From Longimicrobiales bacterium (GTDB lineage Bacteria; Gemmatimonadota; Gemmatimonadetes; Longimicrobiales; Gaopeijiaceae): a DNA stretch of 64,000 nucleotides. The stretch lies in assembly GCA_965249725.1 (NCBI GenBank), contig CBDFMQ010000002.1, positions 1,792,001-1,856,000 on the forward strand. The letters are read 5' to 3'. A program made the position numbers and the translations under genes. Every line of letters starts with the position of its first letter. The stretch's first letter is position 1. The notes below the pieces were generated by a model that was not told the origin of the DNA, made no database searches, and worked only from the letters and a program-made list of their open reading frames with translations. Shown here piece by piece: positions 1 through 9,093 of this stretch.

Positions 1-553
1 TCTGGCTGCTGCTCTCTCCACGGCGGCCGGGCTCCTTCTGGTGGTCTCTGCAGCTGTGAGCCACGACCTGCTAAAGCGAGGGTTCATGCCCGAGATCACC
101 GAACGGGGCGAGCTCATCGCGGCGCGAGTCAGCGCGGCGGCGGCCGTTATCGTGGCGGGCTACCTGGGTATCAATCCGCCCGGCTTCGTGGCCGAAGTGG
201 TGGCCTTCGCCTTCGGACTCGCTGCAGCCTCGTTCTTCCCGGCATTCGTCCTCGGGATCTTCTCCAAGCGCATGAACCGCGAGGGCGCCGTGCTTGGAAT
301 GATCTCCGGCATCTCGCTGACGGCCGCCTACATCGTCTACTTCAAGTTCGTGAACCCCGCCGCCAATACGGCCGAGCACTGGTGGCTCGGGATCTCACCC
401 GAGGGCATCGGGACCGTGGGAATGGTCGTGAACTTCACCGTGGCGCTGACCGTCTCGCGCTTCACCCCCCCGCCTCCCCAGCGGATCGCGCATCTGGTCG
501 ATATGATCCGCGTCCCGAGGGGTGCGGGAGAGGCCCACGAGATCAACGCCTAG
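1..553 (+). CDS. Sodium:solute symporter family protein (ActP-like), 5'-truncated by the window edge
   Basis: The frame is open from the window start (SGAALSTAAGLLLVVSAAVSHDL). It carries hydrophobic helices and SSS motifs VAFAFGLAAASFFP and WWLGISPEGIG. Confidence 0.85.
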   Translation, partial: LAAALSTAAGLLLVVSAAVSHDLLKRGFMPEITERGELIAARVSAAAAVIVAGYLGINPPGFVAEVVAFAFGLAAASFFPAFVLGIFSKRMNREGAVLGMISGISLTAAYIVYFKFVNPAANTAEHWWLGISPEGIGTVGMVVNFTVALTVSRFTPPPPQRIAHLVDMIRVPRGAGEAHEINA

Positions 554-714
554 GGGGGTCCGCTGCCGTAGTGGGCAGTGTGGCTGACAAGGTCCTACGG
601 CCGCGCCGCAGCCGGTGTTGTTGAAAAGACCCGCTTGAGGATCCAAGTTCGTTCCGGTTAGTCTGCTGCGGGCCAGCGAGGCTTCCAGATCCCAGAAACG
701 CAAGGAGTGAAGAG

Positions 715-1017
715 ATGGACGACGAGACCGCAGGAACCGACCGTCAGATCGGCGGCGACGGGGGAGGCAAAGAGGAGCACAAGGTCAGCGGCGACAAGGT
801 CATCGGGAAGATCAAAGAGCTGATCCATCAGGGCAACGTGCGCCGGATCATCATAAAGAACGACGAAGGTCGGTCGCTCATCGAAGTGCCACTGTCCGTG
901 GGCGTCGTGGGAGCCGTGCTGGCCCCCATGTGGGCCGCCATCGGCGCTGTCGCGGCCCTGGTATCGAGCTGCTCCATCGAGGTGGAGAGAGAGCCGGCCT
1001 CCGATGAGGAAGAATAG
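715..1017 (+). CDS. DUF4342 domain protein
   Basis: Family-typical KIKELIHQGNVRRIIIK...IEVPLSVGVVGAVLAP motif; SD AAGGAG upstream. Confidence 0.85.
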   Translation: MDDETAGTDRQIGGDGGGKEEHKVSGDKVIGKIKELIHQGNVRRIIIKNDEGRSLIEVPLSVGVVGAVLAPMWAAIGAVAALVSSCSIEVEREPASDEEE

Positions 1018-1110
1018 GACCTCAGGGGGTGACACCGTAGCCGTAGCTCCACCTGACCCGTCGGGTGGGGCCGGCCCTGTTTCTGCCGGGCAACAACCCG
1101 GCCAATCGAG

Positions 1111-1145
1111 TTGACATACGGCCTCCCGTGCGGCATACCCACGGG
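1111..1145 (+). promoter_or_regulatory. Sigma70-like promoter, probably leaderless, with an inverted repeat around the -10 box
   Basis: TTGACA (1111-1116), 17 nt, CATACC (1134-1139), 6 nt, ATG 1146. CCCGTG (1125-1130) and CACGGG (1140-1145) form an inverted repeat. Confidence 0.6.
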
Positions 1146-2594
1146 ATGTCAGAAGCTACAACAGACCACGCCACGTTCGACCTTGCCCCAGATGACTTCG
1201 CACGATTGGGAGCGCGCCTCATCGAGCTGATGCTCGAGGCCTTCGAGGCCGAGCGCTCGGAGCCGGTGCTGGGGGATATCTCGGGCCCGGACCTCCGCGC
1301 ACTGTTCGATGAGCCCCTACCTCAGCAGGGATCCCCACCCGACGACATCCTGTCTCAGTGGCGGGACCACGTGCTTCCACACTGCCGCCGTAACGGACAT
1401 CCGCGTTTCTTCGGCTACGTCTGCACGACGGCCGATCCACTCGGGGTCCTGGCCGACGCCATGGCTTCGGCCCTCAACCAACCCGTCACGGCCTGGCGCT
1501 CGGCACCCGCCGCGACAGAGGTCGAGCGCCTCGCAGTGCGCTGGCTCGACGCGCTCGTCGGGTTCGGCGGTGATGGCAGTGGACTTCTGGTCAGCGGCGG
1601 TTCCTCGGCCAATTTCCACGGAATGGCGTGTGCGGTGACGAAGGCTGAGGAACTCGCGGGTCTCCCGGCTGGCTCACGACATCGACTGACCGTCTACTTG
1701 TCGAAGGAAGGGCATGTCTCGATGCGGAAGGCGGCCCAGCTCTTGGGGGTCCCCCCTGGGCAGATCCGATTGCTCGACATCGATGAGCATAGACGGCTTC
1801 GCCCTGAAGCCCTCCGCCAGGCCTTGGAGGAGGATCGAAAAGCGGGCCTGGTGCCCGCCATGATCGGCGTGTCCGCCGGGACGGCGAATACGGGAGCCAT
1901 CGACCCCTTGGATGAGGTCGCCGAGATCGCGGAGCAACAGGCCGTATGGCTCCATATCGACGGCAGCTACGGGGCACCGGCGGTCGTGACCGACGAATAC
2001 GCCTGGATGACCCGAGCCTTTTCGAGAGCCGACTCCTTGTCGCTGGACCCACACAAGTGGCTGTTTGCCCCCACGGACGCCGGCTGCATCCTGGTTCGGA
2101 ACGACGAAGATGCGAGGCGGGCCTTCACGCTCTCCAGCGAGTACACAGAGGTCACCCAGACCGACCCCATCGAGCGCTACGCCCTCTTCGACAGGGGTCT
2201 GGAGATGTCTCGGCGATTTCGCGGCCTGAAGGTCTGGACGATACTGAAGGGTCGTGGGGTCGACGGACTTCGAGGAGCCATCGCACACGACATCGCCCTC
2301 AGGAAGCACCTGGACCGGAGGGTCGCGGACCACCCTCGCCTCGAGCCCCTCGGGTCGGAACTGAGCATCGCCTGTTTTCGGTACGTGCCCGAGAACGCCT
2401 CGAACCCAGAGGCGGTGGATGAGGTCAACCGCACGATCATAGAAACGCTCGTCACAGAGGGACGGTGCTACATGTCACCCACGAGCCTCGAGGGACGGTA
2501 TTCGCTTCGCGCCTGTATCGTCAGCTTCCGCACTACCAAGAGCGATGTGGACTTCCTGGTCGACGAGGTGCTCCGGATCGGAGGAGGACAGTGA
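1146..2594 (+). CDS. PLP-dependent group II amino-acid decarboxylase (aromatic-L-amino-acid/DABA decarboxylase-like)
   Basis: Motifs HPRFFGYV, SGGSSANF, WLHIDGSYG and PLP lysine SLDPHKWL. Start placed at ATG 1146. Confidence 0.9.
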   Translation: MSEATTDHATFDLAPDDFARLGARLIELMLEAFEAERSEPVLGDISGPDLRALFDEPLPQQGSPPDDILSQWRDHVLPHCRRNGHPRFFGYVCTTADPLGVLADAMASALNQPVTAWRSAPAATEVERLAVRWLDALVGFGGDGSGLLVSGGSSANFHGMACAVTKAEELAGLPAGSRHRLTVYLSKEGHVSMRKAAQLLGVPPGQIRLLDIDEHRRLRPEALRQALEEDRKAGLVPAMIGVSAGTANTGAIDPLDEVAEIAEQQAVWLHIDGSYGAPAVVTDEYAWMTRAFSRADSLSLDPHKWLFAPTDAGCILVRNDEDARRAFTLSSEYTEVTQTDPIERYALFDRGLEMSRRFRGLKVWTILKGRGVDGLRGAIAHDIALRKHLDRRVADHPRLEPLGSELSIACFRYVPENASNPEAVDEVNRTIIETLVTEGRCYMSPTSLEGRYSLRACIVSFRTTKSDVDFLVDEVLRIGGGQ

Positions 2595-3223
2595 CCGAAG
2601 CCGGCGCACCGAACATCCGTTGGTGGGCGAAGGGCCTCCTGTTCGAGAACTGCAACTGCCAGGTGGTATGCCCCGGGCACATGCACTTCTCCAACAAGTG
2701 CACCCACGAGCGCTGCATCGGATACTGGGCCCTACGCGTGGACGAGGGCACGTACGGCGCGGTCGACCTTGCCGGCCTATGTGCAGTGATCGCATACGAC
2801 TGCCCGCAACACATGATCTCAGGCGGTTGGACAGAGGTGCTCATCGTGGACTCCGCCGCGTCGGAGGAGCAGCTCGAGGCGGCCCTGGCGATCTTGACCG
2901 GCCAGGCCGATGGCCCTTGGGAGGTCCTCGAGCGCTTCGTCGAGCGGCGACTCCCTACCCGGGTGCTGCCGATCGACATCACCGACGAAGGGGCCGTGAA
3001 GCGAGTCGCTATCGAGGGCCTTATGGAGGGTACGGTCGAGAACCTCAGAGGGAGGGACCGGGATCAACCGGTGATGTTCGAGAACATCTTCAATCAGATC
3101 CACGCGTCCAGCCAGGTGATCGCGACCGGCACGACCACCTACGATGACGGGGACATCTCGATCGCCAATGAGGACTCGCACGCCCTCTACTCGGAGTTCG
3201 ACTGGGCCGTGTCAGGGGAGTGA
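2591..3223 (+). CDS. DUF1326 domain protein (putative metal-binding)
   Basis: N-terminal ENCNCxxxCPxH motif and GxYGxVDLxGL. GTG start overlaps the upstream stop (GTGA), with SD GAGGAGG. Confidence 0.8.
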   Translation: MTEAGAPNIRWWAKGLLFENCNCQVVCPGHMHFSNKCTHERCIGYWALRVDEGTYGAVDLAGLCAVIAYDCPQHMISGGWTEVLIVDSAASEEQLEAALAILTGQADGPWEVLERFVERRLPTRVLPIDITDEGAVKRVAIEGLMEGTVENLRGRDRDQPVMFENIFNQIHASSQVIATGTTTYDDGDISIANEDSHALYSEFDWAVSGE

Positions 3224-3903
3224 CGAGTATGGCTCTCGGTCATCTCGAACAACCGGGTATCGTGCTCGGTACGGCCATGTGGATGCTCATGATGGTGGTG
3301 ATGATGCTCCCGGCCGTGCTGCCATGGCTCATCGGCTTCGCAGCCCTTTCACGCGACCGGGAGTCCGGATCCCTGAGAGGGGGTTGGGTGACCCTCTTCG
3401 CTCTCGGGTACTTCGTCGCATGGCTGGGCTTCAGCGTCGTCGGGGCGTCGCTCCAGGTCGGGCTGCATCAGTGGGGCTTGCTCCCGGTGGCGGCACTGGG
3501 TGTATCGGCCCTCGGTGTGTCGGCACTGGGCGTGTCGGCGCTGGCTACACCCTTGGCCGGCATGGTGCTGGTAGGGGCCGGGTTGTATCAGGTGACACCG
3601 TCCAAGGCCGCGTGCCTCGAGCACTGCCGGACCCCGATGAGCTTCTTCCTGTCGCGCTGGAGGAACGGCCCGGTCGGGGCTTTCCGAATGGGTGCTTCCC
3701 ATGGAGCCTTCTGTGTGGGCTGCTGCTGGGCGCTCATGCTGACCGGGTTCGCACTCGGAGTGATGAACCTCGCATGGATGGCGGTCCTCACGCTCGTCAT
3801 CGCGGTGGAGACTCTCGCCCCCCGGGGTGACCGGATCGCGAAGGTCGCGGGGGCGGCACTCGTAGTGTGGGGACTCGTCCTGATCGGCGGGGCGTGGATG
3901 TAA
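3220..3903 (+). CDS. DUF2182 putative metal-binding integral membrane protein
   Basis: WxLMxxxMMLP, YQxTPxKxACLxHCRxP and CVGCCWALM motifs; usual partner of DUF1326. Confidence 0.85.
   Translation: MTSMALGHLEQPGIVLGTAMWMLMMVVMMLPAVLPWLIGFAALSRDRESGSLRGGWVTLFALGYFVAWLGFSVVGASLQVGLHQWGLLPVAALGVSALGVSALGVSALATPLAGMVLVGAGLYQVTPSKAACLEHCRTPMSFFLSRWRNGPVGAFRMGASHGAFCVGCCWALMLTGFALGVMNLAWMAVLTLVIAVETLAPRGDRIAKVAGAALVVWGLVLIGGAWM
3493..3546 (+). repeat. 15-bp coding tandem repeat (ALGVS x3 plus a partial copy)
   Basis: gcactgggtgtatcg / gccctcggtgtgtcg / gcactgggcgtgtcg; the differences are synonymous. Confidence 0.8.
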
Positions 3904-3998
3904 CGTTCCGCATCTCCGCCTGAGGCCTACAGGAGCTATGTTATTGGCCGCCCCTCGGATGGTCCGTCGCGACGTCGAATTCACTCCGATCCCCAGAC

Positions 3999-5747
3999 AT
4001 GTCGAAGAAGCCCAAGGTCACCGGCGCCAGCCTACAAAACGCATTCCACGAGATTATCTGGCCTCGCCGAAAGCTCATCGCCGTGGGCATCTTCCTCATC
4101 TTCCTCAATCGGTTGAGCGGGCTAGTCCTTCCGGCGTCCACCAAGTACCTCATCGACGACGTTCTGGGGCAAGGACAGGTCGATCTCCTCTTCAAGCTCC
4201 TGGGCGTCTTGGCTGTGGCCATCGGTATCCAGGCGGGATCGGCGTTCCTACTCACGCTGTTGCTGAGCGTCGAAGCCCAACATCTGATCGCCAATCTCCG
4301 GGCGCAGGTGCAGAAGCACGTGCTGGACCTCCCGATCCGGACGTTCGACAATGCGAAGACCGGTGAGCTTGTGTCGCGCATCATGGACGATGTGGAGGGC
4401 GTGCGAAATCTGGTCGGCACGGGGCTGGTGCAGCTGGTCGGGGGCACCGTCACCGTGGTGGTGGCCCTGGTCTTCCTGTTGCGGATCGACTTGATCATGA
4501 CCGTGCTGGCCCTCGTTCCGTTAGCTCTCTTCGGGATCGTCGCGACCAAGGCCTTCAAAACGCTTCGCCCCGCCTTCCGCGAGCGGGGAGCGATACGGGC
4601 CGAGGTCACCGGGAGGCTGACCGAAGCCCTCGGAGGCATCAGAGTCATCAAGGGCTTTCACGCCGTGGAGAAGGAAGGCGAGATCTTCGAGGCCGGCGTG
4701 CTCCGCATCTTCGACAACGTGAAGACCACGCTCACCACGTCGAGCACGGTCACCAGCCTGGGCACGTTCTTCATCGGGCTCGCGAGTGTCATGCTGCTGG
4801 GGTACGGCGGTCGACTAATCCTGCAGGGCTCGCTCACACTGGGAGAGCTGTTCTCCTTCACGCTCTTCATGGGATTCCTGGTCGGCCCTATCGTGGGGAT
4901 GTCGAACATCGGCACCCAGATGACAGAGGCGTTCGCCGGTCTCGACCGCACCGCCGAGTTACTGTCCTGGCCCCGGGAGGACGACGACCCGCTCCGCACG
5001 CAGATCATGCCCCCGATCGAGGGTCACGTGATCTTCGAGGACGTGTGCTTCGCATATGACGAAGACAAGCCCGTACTCAACGGGATCAGCTTCGATGCCG
5101 AGCCCGGTACGGTCATCGCTCTGGTCGGCAGCTCGGGCTCGGGCAAGTCGACCCTGGCCGGGCTGGCCGCCACGTTCCTGACGCCGGACAACGGCCGAGT
5201 GCTGGTCGACGGGATCGACCTCGCCACCGTGAGCCTCGCCAGCTACCGCGAGCAGCTCGGCCTGGTGCTCCAGGACGATTTCCTCTTCGACGGCACCATA
5301 CGGGAGAACCTGCTCTTCGCTCGAGCCGGCGCGTCGGACGCCGATTTGCAGTTGGCAGCCGAGCAAGCCCACGTGACCGAGTTCACCAATCGCTTCCCGG
5401 AGGGCCTCGACACGGTGATCGGAGAGCGGGGAGTCAAGTTGTCGGGCGGCCAACGCCAGAGGGTGACGATCGCCCGTGCCATCCTCTCCAACCCGCGAAT
5501 TCTCCTACTCGACGAGGCCACGTCGAGCCTCGACACCGAGAGTGAAGCGCTCATCCAAGAGAGCCTGGGCCAGCTCCTCCAGGACAGGACTACGTTCGTC
5601 ATCGCCCACCGCCTCTCGACCATCCAGCGTGCGGATCTGATCCTGGTCATCGAAGACGGGCGGATCGCGGAGCGCGGGCGTCACGAGGAACTGATCGCCA
5701 TCGACGGGCGGTATCACCAACTCTACACGGTGCAGGCGAGAATCTAA
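3999..5747 (+). CDS. ABC exporter, fused permease + ATP-binding domain (MsbA/MdlB-like)
   Basis: Transmembrane N-half, Walker A GSSGSGKST, signature LSGGQRQR, Walker B LLLDEATS, H-loop IAHRLST. Confidence 0.95.
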   Translation: MSKKPKVTGASLQNAFHEIIWPRRKLIAVGIFLIFLNRLSGLVLPASTKYLIDDVLGQGQVDLLFKLLGVLAVAIGIQAGSAFLLTLLLSVEAQHLIANLRAQVQKHVLDLPIRTFDNAKTGELVSRIMDDVEGVRNLVGTGLVQLVGGTVTVVVALVFLLRIDLIMTVLALVPLALFGIVATKAFKTLRPAFRERGAIRAEVTGRLTEALGGIRVIKGFHAVEKEGEIFEAGVLRIFDNVKTTLTTSSTVTSLGTFFIGLASVMLLGYGGRLILQGSLTLGELFSFTLFMGFLVGPIVGMSNIGTQMTEAFAGLDRTAELLSWPREDDDPLRTQIMPPIEGHVIFEDVCFAYDEDKPVLNGISFDAEPGTVIALVGSSGSGKSTLAGLAATFLTPDNGRVLVDGIDLATVSLASYREQLGLVLQDDFLFDGTIRENLLFARAGASDADLQLAAEQAHVTEFTNRFPEGLDTVIGERGVKLSGGQRQRVTIARAILSNPRILLLDEATSSLDTESEALIQESLGQLLQDRTTFVIAHRLSTIQRADLILVIEDGRIAERGRHEELIAIDGRYHQLYTVQARI

Positions 5748-5759
5748 GGGCGCTCGCGC

Positions 5760-6257
5760 CTACTCGAGCCGACGTAGAGTCGTGACGCGCCTCTCATCCG
5801 ACACTTCGCGGATGACCCGCACCTGGTCTCCCGAGAACTCTAGCCGGTACTCATAGGTCCCGTCCCCACTCATCGTGTTGGGACTCTTGGCGATGTCGAT
5901 CCTGATGATCAGACGATCGCCGACGACCTCGTAGGGACCCCCGTGGGCGTGGAAGACGTCGAACTCGGCGAGTCGCTCGAGCTCCGTTGTCGTATCGGTA
6001 AAGTCCGGCCTAGGACCCGACTCGCGGATCTCCTGCACCCCGTAGTAGCGCTCCGTGAACACGTAGCGACCCACCTCCGGATTGCGATTGACCCAGGAGG
6101 AGTCTCCCCGCTCATAGGATCGCTCGACGACTTCCCAGGCGCCGGTGAGCGCGGTGGGGGCGGTGAGCGCGGCGGGCGGGGTGGGCGCGGTGGGGGCGCG
6201 CGTTGCCGAGCCACCGACGATCGTCAGGGCCAGTAGGGTCGCCGTACGCATCAGCAT
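5760..6257 (-). CDS. Secreted hypothetical protein, lipocalin-like beta-barrel
   Basis: SD AGGAGG, signal peptide, Pro/Thr linker, LTGAW start motif and terminal TLRR typical of lipocalin-like domains. Confidence 0.65.
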   Translation of the reverse strand: MLMRTATLLALTIVGGSATRAPTAPTPPAALTAPTALTGAWEVVERSYERGDSSWVNRNPEVGRYVFTERYYGVQEIRESGPRPDFTDTTTELERLAEFDVFHAHGGPYEVVGDRLIIRIDIAKSPNTMSGDGTYEYRLEFSGDQVRVIREVSDERRVTTLRRLE

Positions 6258-6296
6258 GTGGGCCTCCTGGGCCGGTGGGAGTCATTCATCAGTCCG

Positions 6297-6464
6297 TCAG
6301 GGCGTCATGATGTGAGCAGTGCTGGTGCCGGCGTTCATGATCCAAGCGCCACCCGCTCTGGAGTCGTCCGGCAAGCCGGTAGAGGCCGTGGTTGCTCCAG
6401 GAACGGCAATGGTCTTGTGAACGCCCGCACTCTCGCGATCCCGGCCGTTCATGGAGTACCGCAT
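6297..6464 (-). pseudogene. 55-aa ORF or gene remnant absent from the ORF track (MRYSMNGRDRESAGVHKTIAVPGATTASTGLPDDSRAGGAWIMNAGTSTAHIMTP)
   Basis: Translated by hand. GC3-rich codons, an in-frame stop shortly upstream, and a protein-like C-terminal motif PGAT..STGLP...W.M.AGT..AHIM.P. Confidence 0.45.
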
Positions 6465-6533
6465 CCTCGCGCGCCCTCGTGGGTGCCGCCGCCCAATACG
6501 ACAGTTGATCCTTCACACAAACACACGAGAGTT

Positions 6534-7079
6534 CTACTTCTTCAGCTTGTGGGCGAACTTCGACCTCAGCTTGGCTACCTTCGGATCGATGACGACCCTG
6601 CAGTACGGCTGCTGTCCGTTCCGTCGATAGTAGCCCTGATGGTAGGTCTCGGCAGGATAGAAGGCCTCGAGCTGCGCCACCTCCGTCACGATGGGATCGT
6701 CCCACACACCCTCTTCTGTCAGCTCTGTGATGACGGCCTCGACCGTCTCCTTCTGCTCTGGCGAGTGATGGAAGACCACCGAGCGATATTGGGGGCCCAT
6801 GTCGGCCCCCTGCCGATCCTGCGTGGTAGGGTCGTGAGTGGCGAAGAAAACGTCGAGCACTTCGCGATAGCTCGTCACCTCGGGGTCGAACTCCAGACGG
6901 ACCACCTCGGCGTGGCCCGACCGTCCAGAACAGAGATCCTCATACGTGGGGTTCTCGACATGGCCTCCGGAGGCTCCCGACACCACGGACTCCACGCCCT
7001 CCAGGAGTTCGTAGACAGCCTCCAGACACCAGAAGCAACCCCCTCCGAGCGTAGCGATCTCCAGAGGGCGCTCACTCAT
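6534..7079 (-). CDS. msrA: Peptide-methionine (S)-S-oxide reductase MsrA
   Basis: GGGCFWC catalytic motif, GHAEVV, HDPT...RQGADMGPQYRS, FYPAETYHQGYY, resolving PYC. Confidence 0.97.
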   Translation of the reverse strand: MSERPLEIATLGGGCFWCLEAVYELLEGVESVVSGASGGHVENPTYEDLCSGRSGHAEVVRLEFDPEVTSYREVLDVFFATHDPTTQDRQGADMGPQYRSVVFHHSPEQKETVEAVITELTEEGVWDDPIVTEVAQLEAFYPAETYHQGYYRRNGQQPYCRVVIDPKVAKLRSKFAHKLKK

Positions 7080-7100
7080 TCAGGCAGCCGCAATGCACAT
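7080..7100 (-). other. 6-codon upstream ORF (MCIAAA*) in frame with and abutting msrA
   Basis: The minus strand reads GGGAGGATCACC ATG TGC ATT GCG GCT GCC TGA ATG AGT GAG. Confidence 0.5.
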
Positions 7101-7216
7101 GGTGATCCTCCCGTAGATGTCTGGTCTGGTGCGACAACTTAGATTGCGCGGACACGGGTCACCACCGAGGATGGCTCACGAGGCACGAATACCCGCTAGA
7201 GCAGAAGGAGATTGAG

Positions 7217-8392
7217 ATGTCACGCGTGAGCAGAAGCCTGGGTTGGTGCGTCATCACGATGACCGTATTGAGCGTGGGCTGCGAGCCCGCGGAATCGGGC
7301 CCCGCCTCGTTCGTCTCGAGGTTGGGAGACGACACGATCACGGTCGAGACGTTCACACGTTCGGACACCCGGATCGAGGGTCAGTTGGTCACCCGGCTGC
7401 CCTACACGCATCGGATCACGTATGCGGCCGATCTCGATCCGGACGGGAACATCTCCCATCTCGAAGCGGAAACGAGCACTCCGGCGGAGAACACCTCAGG
7501 TCCGGCTCCCCAGTCTTGGACGACCACCATCGCCGACGGGACCGCCACCGTGGTACGCACGGGGGGGCAGAACCCCGGCACCAACTCCTTCGCAGTGGGA
7601 GCGGCAGCGATTCCGACCCTCGGCAGGGCGTCCGTCGCCATGTTCGCATTCGAGCAGGCGATACGGCAGGCAGGAGGAGCCGAAGAGCACGCCGTCGAGT
7701 TGGTCTACCCGACTCGGCCGCAGCCGGTGAACAACAGCATCACACGGCTCTCCGGCGATACTGTGGCCATCACCTACTTCGGCGCACCGTTGATGGCTTG
7801 GGCCGACGCGGACGACAACATCATCGGCGCCGATGGCACACCCACGACCATGGACGCAGTAACCGAGAAGGTGGCGAGTCTCGACGTGGACGGCCTGGCA
7901 GCGACCTGGGCCGGGATGGACGCTCGGCGCGAGGGCATCGGAGTGCCGTCCCCCGCCGCTACCGCGCAGGGCACTATACACGGCGTGACGATCGAGGTCG
8001 CCTATTCCCAACCCGCGAAGAGGGGCCGCGACATCTGGGGCACCCTGGTGCCGCACGACGGCGTTTGGCGGACCGGTGCGAACGCCGCGACGGTCTTCAC
8101 GACGGGTGGCGACCTCGTTATCGGGGGGGCCGAGGTGCCGGCTGGCAGCTATAGCCTGTGGTCGACCTATTCTGCCGACTCCCAGCAGTTGATCCTCAAC
8201 AGCGAGACGGGACAGTGGGGCACCGCATACAACGCGGACAACGACTTCGTCGCGGTCGAGATGACCAAGTCGGAACTCCCGGGCGGCCTACTCGAGCGCT
8301 TCACGATTTCGCTGGAAGAGACGTCGGATGGCGGCTTGCTCTACCTGGACTGGGATCACACCCGCTTCTCGGTAGACATCCAGGTTCCGTGA
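7217..8392 (+). CDS. DUF2911 domain lipoprotein
   Basis: Lipobox LSVGC; C-terminal YSQPAKRGRDIWG.LVP..VWRTGANAAT and GQWG DUF2911 motifs; SD AAGGAG. Confidence 0.85.
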   Translation: MSRVSRSLGWCVITMTVLSVGCEPAESGPASFVSRLGDDTITVETFTRSDTRIEGQLVTRLPYTHRITYAADLDPDGNISHLEAETSTPAENTSGPAPQSWTTTIADGTATVVRTGGQNPGTNSFAVGAAAIPTLGRASVAMFAFEQAIRQAGGAEEHAVELVYPTRPQPVNNSITRLSGDTVAITYFGAPLMAWADADDNIIGADGTPTTMDAVTEKVASLDVDGLAATWAGMDARREGIGVPSPAATAQGTIHGVTIEVAYSQPAKRGRDIWGTLVPHDGVWRTGANAATVFTTGGDLVIGGAEVPAGSYSLWSTYSADSQQLILNSETGQWGTAYNADNDFVAVEMTKSELPGGLLERFTISLEETSDGGLLYLDWDHTRFSVDIQVP

Positions 8393-9091
8393 AGGCGCAC
8401 CGCTGCACTCGCTGAGCGAACATCGTTTCAGGGCCACCGACAGCTCCGGCGACGTCTCGGCCCTGCTCCTGGAGCCTTCCGAGGCGCGCGGCCTATTGGT
8501 CTTCGGTCACGGAGCGGGGGCCGGAATACGCCACCGGTTCATGGAGGATGCGGCGGCACGCCTGGCGGACCGGGGCATCGCCACGTTCCGGTACCAGTTT
8601 CCCTACATGGAGAAGGGTGGCCGGCGGCCCGACTACCGACCGATACTGCTCAAGACGGTGCGCTCCGCCGCCGTCGCCGCCGAGGACGTCTCGGGTGGAT
8701 TGCCTATGTTTGCGGGAGGAAAGTCCATGGGTGGACGTATGACGTCCATGGCTGATGCGAGTGAACCGTTGGACGGGATTCGGGGCATCGTCTTCTTCGG
8801 TTTCCCCCTTCACCCTGTGGCCAAGCCGGGAGTCGAACGGGCAGACCATCTCAGCGAGGTCGGCGTTCCCCTCCTCTTTCTTCAGGGGACTCGTGACAAG
8901 CTGGCCCCCTGGACCTGATGGCCCCGGTCTGCGAGCGTTTGGGACCGCGGGCCGAATTGCACGTCGTCGAGGGAGCCGACCACGGCTTCAGTGTCCTGAA
9001 ACGCTCTGGGCGCACCGACGACGAAGTGCTGGATGAGCTCGCGGACACCACACGAGCCTGGATCGACACCGTCATGAAGTCGGAGACGTAG
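8389..9091 (+). pseudogene. Alpha/beta hydrolase (KANL3/Tex30/dienelactone-hydrolase-like), frameshifted
   Basis: GHGAGA, nucleophile GGKSMGG and QGTRD in the first frame; the catalytic His (EGADHGF) lies in the -1 frame after the C5 run at 8905-8909. The start is uncertain (GTG 8389 is out of frame; CTG 8403/8412 are in frame). Confidence 0.75.
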
Positions 9092-9093
9092 GC

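Noticed and set aside
6258..7142. 294-aa + strand ORF
   Set aside because: It is antisense to msrA with no recognisable domain.
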